In this document: positions 24,401 to 36,400 of the stretch, one piece after another | Layout: every line of letters begins with the position of its first letter | Numbering within the stretch: the first letter of the stretch is position 1 | From: Phoronis australis | Lineage: Eukaryota; Animalia; Phoronida | NCBI GenBank assembly: GCA_002633005.1 | Contig: NMRA01000159.1 | Coordinates: 404,591-468,590 of the forward strand | Direction: 5' to 3' | Length of the DNA: 64,000 nucleotides | The notes under the pieces: generated by a model | Told to the model about the DNA's origin: nothing | The model's database searches: none | Seen by the model: only the letters and a program-made list of their open reading frames with translations | Made by a program: the position numbers and the translations under genes

Positions 24401-27400
24401 TCACGCGGCGGACATTAAAATCCAAAGCGAGGCTCACCGCGATAAACAAAGCTGAAGTTGACATTGCGCGAGTTAAATGGCCGGTCTTTCGAGTCCAACC
24501 TGGATATTAAATTTTAAAAATGTGTCGATAATTAATCTCAGAGACGTAGAAAAATACATTAGAGAACAAGTCAATGCACCAACCGGTATGCCAATAAGCC
24601 AACGGAGCTATCGTAGTGAGCCTCGTTTTGGAACGCGCTTCCTGTCGGCGTGAATTAGGTCTACAAAATTGTCGCATGTTACACGTGTTATCAACCTAGC
24701 GACAACCAATGCGAGAATATATACCTTCAGCATCGACATGTGTTGTCGTCCGGGCGAAGACCACGCGTCGGGAGCGACAATGCGTGCAGTGAACACTGTC
24801 GGAAAGTGTCGGTTTTTAGTGAACAATGGTTACAGTGGAGGCAACCGTTGTCGGAACACACCGATTAATCCAAACACATAAATTTGTAAAAAATTCAATT
24901 GCTAAATTGCCCCTGCGGTTTTTGAACATGTGATGTAACAGTGCATTTTTGTTGGCCAAATCGCGTCATAGTAGTGGTTGATACGTCACTACTAAAGATC
25001 CGATGCCCTCCAGTACGGCATGCTATCTTTTACTGTGACGTAATTTTGTACCAATTTATACGCGTAACAGTCCCGTCCGCTATGGTTTGCCAAAGATACA
25101 CGACGAGTGGTCTCGTTATGTAACTCAATGTAATTATTCACTTCAAACAGCTGTACCTACAGGCTATGTGTTGTCCACTATTTTCGAAGGGAAAATGTCC
25201 TCGTTAGCCATGACAACGGCATGCCGGCTGGGTTTCGGTTATTATTGGCCGTGTCGTTGGGGGGGAGGTCACCGACTCCCATATTCGATGCTGTTTTAAT
25301 AAAACAGCGTGCACTTTTTTAACAATATTCTCTACACTACCGTGGTATGATGTCGCAAGCGCTAAATGTTTGTAATCGTGTCGATTTTCAAGAGTTCACG
25401 TTCATGCGGGCTATATTGAATACAGCGCGCAGTGTGGCCTATGGAGCCAAGCGCACGTCATCCGATAGCAAAATACACTTCACCTGAGGCGCACGTCATC
25501 GGTACGCTAAAACAGAATGCCAATATCGCGTATAGTTGAAATTATTTTAAATGTCATAGCTATCACGTTCGAGTTGAAGACATCTGCTGTCGCGCTGAGA
25601 TACCCAGGACGGGCGGCTGATTGGCGCCCTAATCCATTGACGGATGAATTCTACTGGAACCCTAAGCTATTCTGTCTAAAGCGTTCTTTTGAAGAATAAT
25701 GTGTTGCGACATGTGAAATTCTGAAACTTTGCTGCCTAGAGTACGCGTATAGTTGATAAGGTTTTAGTTTGCAAATGGAAAAGCATGATAGGTGTCGCTT
25801 ATCTGAATTTATGGTTGTAACGCATCTGGTTATTTCTTCTAACACTATAGTTTTCGTTGTGTTTTTACCAACAGCGCTCAGATACCGGCTTGATCTTATT
25901 AACAATATCGCTTTTGCAATATATACACATGTACGTGTTTGACCGGATGCGGTTCACAAAGTCACGCACTAACATAACTACACAGATCCTAATCACAGAT
26001 TCGGTAGGCCTCTCATAGAATTTCGTAGGCAACATTATTGTAGAGCAGGGAGTTTCCATGGAACAGCTTTTTGACACTAAAGTTGAGTGGGGAGCAATAT
26101 TGGTCTTATCATCCGACTCGGCCCGCATGCAGGTGAACAACACAACAACCACTTAGCGTTGGCCGAGATTGGTAGATTCGTCACTAGCGTAAAAACAGCT
26201 GAAATGGTTTTTAAGTCAAAAAGTCCACCAACAATAAGTTCATCCTTATTGTAACCAGATCAACGTGACTACATTATTAAAATACGGTAATTTTGTTTTA
26301 GTACACTTCCACAAACGCGAAAAGCATGACAGTTGTTGCTCAACTTTCCAAAACAACACATAAAAAAGTGAACAACTAATAACTTTTTAAATGTCATTTT
26401 CATACTGTATGTTTTACAAATACGAGACTTTTTGAGAATTTTGCTTTTGACGCAATAAATGAATGGGAGATAAGTCTGAGCCAAGTGTGGTTTCGTTTCT
26501 GAAATTACCTACTATAATTACAAGGAGATACAATGTACGTCAACTCCGCTTTTCAGGTTTCACGTTGATCAGTTTCCATAGTTATAGCGGGACTGCCGTT
26601 GGGTTGTTCATTATTTTTATTATAACAAAACCATGTGTCCCGGGTTCGAGTACCAGTTGGGGCAGAAATGTTTTCAGGCTTATATTGTAGCGTTATGTGG
26701 CCACCAGGTGGCGTGCTGACCAGACTTATAAATGTTTGCGAGCATTATACATGTAGGTTGCTTTGAGAGAGAAATGATCTCAAATTGTTCACCTTGTGTG
26801 AATTTTCAAACTTGATTTGTTAATCGTTTACCTGAGCCATGTTTATTTATATTTATATGTCTTCTTTTTCAGTTTAAACACGACACTTAAGACGGAGCAA
26901 GGGGAATTCATACACCTTGAAATGTTTTCTAAGAAACACAGTGTGTTTTTAAAGCAAGGAACGACATTCAGAAAAGAATTCCAGTTTTCAGTTAATTTCG
27001 TAGAAGACAGTAATTTCATTAGAGATATGCAGTGCAGTGTCGAAATGACTTACACAGATGGAAGCGGCCGAAGACAGAACAAAGTTATTGCGACAAAGAA
27101 CGAGAAGAAAGAATATACTTTCGCTGGGCCGGGTAAGAGTATTGTTAGTCAATGCACGTCAAAGCACTATATGTCATTTGAATCCTTCGAGACACTCAAA
27201 GCTAGGCTCTGAGGAAGTCCGGCCGTCGTCAGTGTCTGATCACCGGCCAACTGGCCATAGCACCAGCCATCTTGTTTTGGGTCCCGCCAATTAATTTTTG
27301 TGCGAAGCTATCGCGTTTTGAAGTCCGGACGACAAGTTTGATCACAAACCATTTGGTTTTGCAGTCCAGCCGACTGGTTTTGAAACCCGGGCAAGTGGTT

Positions 27401-30400
27401 TTGAAGTCCGATCACGTGTTGATTCCCCTTGTAAATATTTCATACGTTTCCCCAAGACGACATACTGTACGAACTATAGACGCAGGTGTCAGCGAGACCG
27501 TTGCGTAAACTACATTTTTCTAGAACTTTGTCCTTATTGTGAGCTCTTTTATTTGTGGCATCTTCTAACAATATATTTGAGAAGATGAGTCCGTATTTCA
27601 ACGGCGTAATAAGTCCTTAATTTGGGGTGTTCTTTGAAAAGGTCCCTATTTATTTTCGAAAGAAATTCAACGTGTAGTTAACTCTCATGGAGTATTCCTG
27701 TGATAACGTGACGTAACGATGAAGATTAGTTATCAGAAAAAAGACATCCACAGCTGATTTCATGAAGGTGGTTTAACAAAACCAGGTTGAAGACTTAAAC
27801 CTGGTCGTCCTAAACCTGCTCTAATTTTAGACCTAACTTGCATTTCACCAACATGTTTTAAAAGTCTGAGAGCCTGGCTTTCTTAGACCATGAAGCGGGT
27901 CTAGTAAAACTACGTTTAAAATATCCAAGCCAACCTACTGTGTTGATCCGGATTAACCCAACAAAGAAACTATTGAAGTGCTTCAATGAAACCTTGATCA
28001 CATGGGTACACAATGGCACACAGCTGTAGAATCAGTGCAGACATTTTCGAAAAAGGGCTAAAAGCGTTTCTCACGAGGAAAAATGGTCCCTCCCATATCT
28101 GATCAGAGAAAAAGCCAATGTGATAGTCGAGAACAATAAAATTGGTGCCAAATCAAGTCAACGTAAGTAGCAGGCTTGGAGAGACATTGATTGGCCAGAA
28201 AGTAAATTTTATCAGTGAAAAAAAAATGCAAAGAAAAACAGCGAAGGACCCAGTGGCAGATTTAAGATATCATGAGGAGATATTTTTTATTTTGTATTGT
28301 CTGCGTCCAACACAAGTATACACATTAAAGTACTTATTCACGATTAACCGCAACATAGTAAATGCACACGTTTATTTCCGAGTCATTTTACTGTTTTGTG
28401 GCCAAAGGGGGGCCACAGGGGCGGATACAAGATTTTGAGTTAGGGGGGGCCATGGCAAAGTATTAGCCAAGATTTTTCCCATCAGAAATTCGCACCTCCG
28501 AACTGCCAAATGGAATCTGGAAGAATTTTAGGGGGGCCACGGCCCCCTTGACCTCCCCTCTAAATCCGCCACTGGGGCAGTATCGGGGACCAATTGAGAT
28601 GGAACTTGGCCAGAAACATCATTAGATGCCTTTTTAGTCATACGCGTAGCGCTTGCGACGATGGCGCTCTGCTCGAACCGTCATATTCTGAGAAACAACG
28701 AAGGACACCCTTCAGTACGTACTGGTCTACGTATAGGCAGATCCAGGGGTTCAAGGAGTCTGGACCCCTTTTTTCCTTAATTTTAGTGATATCAAATGTA
28801 TAATTTTCAAGTTGTTGACCCAGGCCCTCATTTTAAAAATCCTTGATCCGACCCCTCCCCCTTAAAAATTCTGGGTCCCCCCCTGTTACGCTTGATATTG
28901 TGTCGTCCTAAAACTGAATATTGAAAACAGTCCGTTCTCGCTCTAAAACTGCGTCGTAAATGCACACCACAGCATCATTCAGTTGCACCTATATCGTACA
29001 AGTTTACCATAACCTGAGTTTGACCAAGTCTAAATAAAACCTGGTTTAAGATCTTAATACAGGTCTAAGTTGGTGAAATGAAAACAGATTTAGACCAGGT
29101 CTAAACTGGAGTTAAACTAAGTTTTACTAAACCACTGATCTAAAAGTAAAACAACTTTTATGAAATCCAGATTATCTTTAAATAGGTCTAAGTCCAGTTT
29201 TTAACTTTAAACCACCTTTATGAAATCGGCTGCCAGTGTTTGTACAAAATCTACAAAATTTAGCGACCATAGTTGAGTTATTGGGTTGTTTCATGTAACC
29301 ATTGGTGTTTGTTTGAAGTAATAATCGTTGACATGTGCTTTCTGAAAAGTTCGCTTTTGTTAAAAATATACGTATAGAGCATACGTTGAATAATACACAC
29401 AACAAACGTAACTAGAGCAGTATGGTTTGGAGATAGTCGGGCTCAGTCATGAGCGCCACCTATGACGTTAACTTAGGCTTCTGTAAAGATAGGCCTACAT
29501 GTATAGACCTCTTGCTGTTTTGTGCGCTCTCGTTGGAAACAATATGCATAAGATTATATTGCTAACCTTTAAGGTTGTTCCAAGGGTTTCTCAAACCTTA
29601 TTCCCAAAATTGACCATTTTGGCAAATACTCCATATACAGATAAAAATTTGTCTTCAAGAATTTGATAATCGAAAAGTCTTCGCAATTGAATGTATACAT
29701 TTTGCCCTCCTGATCAATCATTATTAAGCAAAGGGAGTCGCTGTATGCTGCTGCTTTAACCAATCACAAGCTCAGAAATTGAGAAGGCGCAGAACTGTTT
29801 CAATGTGTTGTGGGTGGATGCTTGCATGCATTTTATACCGCAAATTCATTTTACCCTTTGTTGAAAAAAACATTGGCGCATATCGTTGATAGCGTGAAGA
29901 GTGGCGTTCTTTAGAACTTTAAAAACAGCATACGAATACGATCATTCATTTCCGAAGTTACTCAAATTTGGACGTTTTTCTAGGTTTTGCGTAACCATAA
30001 CAACAGCAAAATGTTCAGATAAAAGTGAATAGTTGTGTCTTTTAACTGTATTTACAACTTAAGAAATGTACTATAGTTTGTTAGGGTTATGCAGGACCCT
30101 ACAAAAATGTCCATTTCCGGCTAACCTTGGAACACAATGTCTTAGAAGTGACTGGTCAGATTCGTATGACACTTTTAGATACAGTGTTTTATGAACTGTT
30201 CTCAAAATCTCTGTTACGGATTTTTCATAAATGTTCCACTTTTGCATGAGGGGCTATCAAAAATTGCACCACCACGATTTCCATGAAGAAATTTAAAATT
30301 TCATAAAACGGACGAAAACAATTACGATATTTTAGAAAATTGTAAAAGCGTTTTTTATCATTTACATGCATATCAACTAAAATTCGATAGTTAATTTTTG

Positions 30401-33400
30401 TGTTTATTATTACGAAAAGTACAATGCACAATAATAAGAGTTAATCTCAAAAAGCGTTGGAAAGTAAATTTGGACAAACTATTGGTACCGTTAATGTCAG
30501 TTTACTTTGCTTTTGGCTAAATTATACTAAAAATACAGCGTTACATGACCCACTTAATGACATACATGTATTGATAGCAAAAGTCTACAAGTACATTTCA
30601 CAGGCCTTCTACTTTCAAAAAACATGTACTTTTACTGAGTTGAAATCTGCAAGTTTGTAAATATTTGACTTAATACACAGACCTGTAAATGCAGTCCTTC
30701 AGAACGCAGCATTTCGTTGTTATAGCTATCTAAAAAATGAAAGTTTTTAGACATTTGTCTGTCATAAAATCGATCTTTTGCTATTCCTTTTCGCAATTGG
30801 GATCTGTTTCCGTTACCAAATCATGTCTCACAGACAATGCGCACAAGTCCTATCTTCGAATTCGAGTTTTTAGGATTGTTTTTGTTGTTAAAACACCATA
30901 AACTCTGGAGCGTTTTCTTGAGTCGCTGATGGTTAGCGCGTTCTTGTGGGCTAAGATCACAGGTCGAGTGATGTTGACGTACATGTAATTGCTAGTCTGA
31001 TTCGACAAAACCCCTTGTTTATTTTCTGTCTCAGAACATGTAAACAAATCCACAACTTCCAGAAAAAGACTGGATGGGTTCCTCAAGGATAAAAATATTC
31101 ATCAAAGACATGTCTTTTGCTTTGCTACATCTATCGGAAAAATGGAGACGCCAGAAAACTAATCAATTGAAAACGATTTCTCCCCTCAAAATCGTACATT
31201 CATAACTGCATTTCCGGTTACTTCAAGGAACTACAGAAGACAATTCGTGGCAATGGTTCCCCATTTACATCACAGAAATCCCGGACCCTTACTTTTTTCC
31301 TTGATTTTAGCGACATCAAGTCTAGAATTCTAGACTTGGACTCCCTTTTCAAAATCCTTTGATCCGACCCCCCCCTTTAAAAACTGGATCCGCCCCTGGA
31401 AACTGATCATATGCATGCGCGCACCCAGAGGGGCTCGGGGGCTCGAATAAGAGACAAACAGTCCGAGAAAACGAGACAAGAGTCCCGACTAAAAAAGCGC
31501 AGACGCACAGTTCACAGACCTGAAGGTGGTACCCCGTTTTTTAGTCCTCCCGCTTTTTGTTAGTAAAAGGTCCACTTTGTCAGAGATTCGAGGCCCCCCA
31601 TATTAAAGGCTGGATGCGCGCATGATACGTGTAGTTTATGTCGTCACGTTTTTCGCTTTTCTTCAAAATAAAATCATTTAGCAGTACAATTAGCACCTGA
31701 GCTATACTTCTCATCGATTCTCATTCCATGGCAACATCTCGGCACTTTTTTGGTTCATAGGTCTCATGTTTCCGACAGTGGGACCACACTTACAATGGGA
31801 ATACCAGAAAGGTTAAAATGATAGGCTTTGGGGCTAAATGTCAGAAAATCACAGTTCAGTGGATAACGAGTCTCCTTAATACGCTTGTATCAGGAATGTA
31901 TTATTGCCATGGTTTCCTCGACAGCTGATGCAGCTCCCAGAACAACGGTCACCTCAACGCCACAGTCTACTGGTGTCGTGACAACTGCAGCCACGCCACC
32001 GCCTACTGCCGTGACAACCACTACTACCACGCCACCGCCTACTGCCGTGACAACCACTTCACCCACGCCACCGCCTACTGCCGTGAAAACCACTACACCC
32101 ACGCCACCGCCATCTGTTGTGACAACCACTACANNNNNNNNNNNNNNNNNNNNNNNNNNNNNNNNNNNNNNNNNNNNNNNNNNNNNNNNNNNNNNNNNNN
32201 NNNNNNNNNNNNNNNNNNNNNNNNNNNNNNNNNNNNNNNNNNNNNNNNNNNNNNNNNNNNNNNNNNNNNNNNNNNNNNNNNNNNNNNNNNNNNNNNNNNN
32301 NNNNNNNNNNNNNNNNNNNNNNNNNNNNNNNNNNNNNNNNNNNNNNNNNNNNNNNNNNNNNNNNNNNNNNNNNNNNNNNNNNNNNNNNNNNNNNNNNNNN
32401 NNNNNNNNNNNNNNNNNNNNNNNNNNNNNNNNNNNNNNNNNNNNNNNNNNNNNNNNNNNNNNNNNNNNNNNNNNNNNNNNNNNNNNNNNNNNNNNNNNNN
32501 NNNNNNNNNNNNNNNNNNNNNNNNNNNNNNNNNNNNNNNNNNNNNNNNNNNNNNNNNNNNNNNNNNNNNNNNNNNNNNNNNNNNNNNNNNNNNNNNNNNN
32601 NNNNNNNNNNNNNNNNNNNNNNNNNNNNNNNNNNNNNNNNNNNNNNNNNNNNNNNNNNNNNNNNNNNNNNNNNNNNNNNNNNNNNNNNNNNNNNNNNNNN
32701 NNNNNNNNNNNNNNNNNNNNNNNNNNNNNNNNNNNNNNNNNNNNNNNNNNNNNNNNNNNNNNNNNNNNNNNNNNNNNNNNNNNNNNNNNNNNNNNNNNNN
32801 NNNNNNNNNNNNNNNNNNNNNNNNNNNNNNNNNNNNNNNNNNNNNNNNNNNNNNNNNNNNNNNNNNNNNNNNNNNNNNNNNNNNNNNNNNNNNNNNNNNN
32901 NNNNNNNNNNNNNNNNNNNNNNNNNNNNNNNNNNNNNNNNNNNNNNNNNNNNNNNNNNNNNNNNNNNNNNNNNNNNNNNNNNNNNNNNNNNNNNNNNNNN
33001 NNNNNNNNNNNNNNNNNNNNNNNNNNNNNNNNNNNNNAATTAATAAACTCAACATTTCCCTACGCTCTTACTGTTTTATTTTTTTTTGCGGCAGCTAAGG
33101 GGGGGGGGGGGGGGCCGGGCCCCCTGGGCCCCCCCCTAAATCCGCCTATGAATTTAGAAATCGTCTCAATTTGTTCCTGAGGATCACTGCATACGGAGAG
33201 ATACGCGTCTCGAATCTAAGTGAGCGCAGCACATAAGTTAAGTTTGTGCCAAATGAACCGTGAAGATTTTGCCTCGTGAAGATTGTTTAGCTTCAGTAAC
33301 GAACCTAGCGAGCTCAAATCGTCACAGCGTTGCGGGCATAATCTTCTGAGTGTCTTCAATACCTAATGGCATTACCGGAAAATAACAAAATCTCTCTTTT

Positions 33401-36400
33401 GCTGGCTGGTTCTTACATGTAGGCTGCACAGTTTTGCACGCTAGGGACCCGAAACTTCGCATATTAGACCTGCACAAATCTGTTGCGGCCCAATGTGAGC
33501 GTACATGATCAACGCCGTTGATCACCGTTTTTCGATGGTGAGCCAATTTCGTGCTGGACGGGTGTATTCTATGGAGCAGTGAGTTTTTCAATTTTGAAAG
33601 GCGCATCGGTAAGTTCATGGATGCCGATGGGTGGCGTTCCAATCGCCTGCTGCCAATGTGCTTGAAATCAGTTGTAAGACGTTGTCTAATAATTAGAATA
33701 CCTCGTCAGCTTAGCTACGCCATCGTTATAAACATAATTTCACGCCCCTTCTTTCATCGTTGGACTAAATTCAACGAGCATCGGGAAAACCGCTGCGAAG
33801 ACAACGCCGAAAATGCAAGCTTTAAAAAACGTTCAACAGCAGCTTGAGCTCAATACGTTATAACAGTCTGCGAAATTTGAAGTTCCTGCCTTTGTTGGAA
33901 AAATATTTGCAAAAGTTTGATGCTCCTTTCGGAAAGAATCACCCTGTATTTTTACGCTCATTATTACTTTTAACGTACATTACAAGTCAGTGAGCTTTGG
34001 CCTAACTGTATGTCGGTAACTATGCCGTGAGGTACATGTCCATGTAATATTCATTTGCGGCAGTAAGTTGATCTCGTAGTTCTCCGTTGTGCTGTGGCCT
34101 TTCCTGAACTTGGGAACAGCTGGCAAGTCTTGATAACTTGACTTGGCAGATGGATCGTTTGTGTGCCAATTATAAGGACTTTCAATTATTACGTGATCTG
34201 CATGAAGACGAAGTTGAGGCAAGTCTATAGTAATCACCATTCAAATTCGGCTGACGTCACTTGCCAAAGTCTGGAAACTCTACAGTGCCGGGTTATTCGT
34301 TGAGCAAAACAGTGGAAGACAATATCGTCCCTACAAGAGCTATTAAAAGTTCTTGAAACGGGGGAGCAATCCAAAAAGCTGAAGCTCGGGGTCTCGGAAG
34401 ATACAGGTCATCACAGGCGCCCCTCAGCAATCGACTGAGGAGACCACTAGGAGGGTGGAGGGGAGGGCAGCTAAAAATTGTGGCAACCATGAGGAGGTAT
34501 AATGGCTAAGGGGAGTAATTGCAATGACTAGGGCCCCCCAAAATTTTCATAGATCGAAGTCCCGATAAACCTTAATCCGGTACTGAGACAGAGAACTTTC
34601 TGTCCAATGACGTCACATTCAACATGTAAAGTTCCAAGGGGGCACTTACGCAAGCAATTGAAGCTGATTACGTGAGACCAGTGACTTGTCACCAGTTGTC
34701 CAGAAGGTACTTCACCATGACATTCGCAGTCGGTGGCATAGGGGAAATTGTTGGCCGCATGAAATGCCTGTGATTCCACTTAATGCGTTTTGAACATAAG
34801 TGACGTTGCCCCCTCGTCCTCCAGAGGTCGGTAATATAGGGTTCCATGTGATCAGTTACATGTTGATGCTCGACACTGCCAAAGTTGCTAGTAGTTCACA
34901 TACGCCAATTGCTCTTTCCTACTGTGCATTATATTTGTCCTGGGAGGTTTTAAAGGAAAGATACAAATTAAGCAATTGGATAAAGTACATTGCTCTGGCC
35001 AAGGCAATGAAAATTTCAGATAGTCCAGCAGCATGCACGACTTTGCACCGAATCGGATTGATACGCGATGGACAAAAGATGTATTACTCTCCAGAGAGAC
35101 ATCAGTTCATGATGTAGAAGACAGTTTATTAGAATTATTCGCTGTCCAGAAATTAAACAGATTTATATTGTGCCTTTTAAACTGTTTACTCATTTGAAAG
35201 TTTTTAAGTATTATCACATTCATAAAAAAGTTTACACAAAATATTTTTTAAAGAAAATGAAAATAGTCCAAAACGACAAGTGCCCATTTTGCGGAGTGGT
35301 AGAAACTTTTAATCACTTGTTTTTGAAATATGAGCATGTACTTTCGTTTTGGAATAAATTACAAACTTGGATTTCAAACGTCGTTGGAGCTAACCTGTTA
35401 CTGGCTGAAAAGCGTGTCCTGCTATTTGCATACTTTGGAGACCATGGCTACGAAATTAATCACGTATTAACGTTAGCTCAGTACTTTATATAGACTTGTT
35501 CGAAGTCTTCATGTATTCCTGTACTTCAGAGATTTCACCCAATTTTATTTGACACTGTCAAGACATGGAAAAGTATGAAATCTAGAGAATTACTCCCTGA
35601 CTTGCTGGGATTTTTTGAAACCCTTATACATTCAATATAAATTCAAGCAGAGCAGGAATGTGTGAATGTGAGAGTGAATGTGTTTGTGTTTGTGTTCGTT
35701 TTCTTTTCTACTGTATTCCTTTGTTAATATCAGTTTATGCAAATAAACTTAAAAACTTAAAAACAAAATAAAAATATTTGTCACATTCAAAGCATAACGA
35801 TCCGGGGTCTGTTTCAATAAAAGCGACTTAGAACTTGGTCTTGGGCTACACATAACTGTTAGTGAACAATAATTAAATTTCACTTGAGCAAAAACACACA
35901 CATAAGTAATTGCTAGTTACTGAAATAAATTTTATAAGTTATTTCTGGACTCGTAATTACTTGACCATGCGCGCACCCAGCCTTTAATATGGGGGGCTCG
36001 AATTTCTGACGATGTAGACATTTCAGTTTGCTGACAAAAAGGCGGAAAGACTAAAATTAAAAAATGGAGTACCACCTTCAGAACTGTGAACTGTGCGTCT
36101 GCGCCTTTTTGGTGGACTTTGTCTCGTTTTTGGAGCTTTTTGTTTCTCTGTGGCGGACCTTTTTGCCCACTTCGCCAAATGGGGGGGTCGTTCGAGCCCC
36201 CCCCCTGGTTGCGCGCATGATGACTAAACCTTTATTCAACAATTGTTAAGTTGGAGTGTAAGACCAAATGTCTATCTTAGTCACTGTTCAAGAATCGGAA
36301 CCCTGCCGATCGTGTCATTTTGCAGTATGGAAGGAATAACTTTTTGACCTATTTTTATAATGGCATTGAATTCAAATATGTGTCATAGTATATCATCAAT

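Larger units (their letters stand above)
27751..29232. mobile_element. Non-autonomous DNA transposon (Harbinger-like TIR CAGCyGATTTCATrAAGGTGGTTTAA) carrying nested MITEs
   Basis: About 26-bp TIRs, flanking cca/cca, subterminal ttagacc/ggtctaa repeats; nested elements at 28251-28574 and 28732-28885. Confidence 0.65.

Noticed and set aside
31885-33180. 431-aa and 308-aa ORFs in the track
   Set aside because: Artefacts of reading through the N gap; only 31925-32133 is supported as an exon
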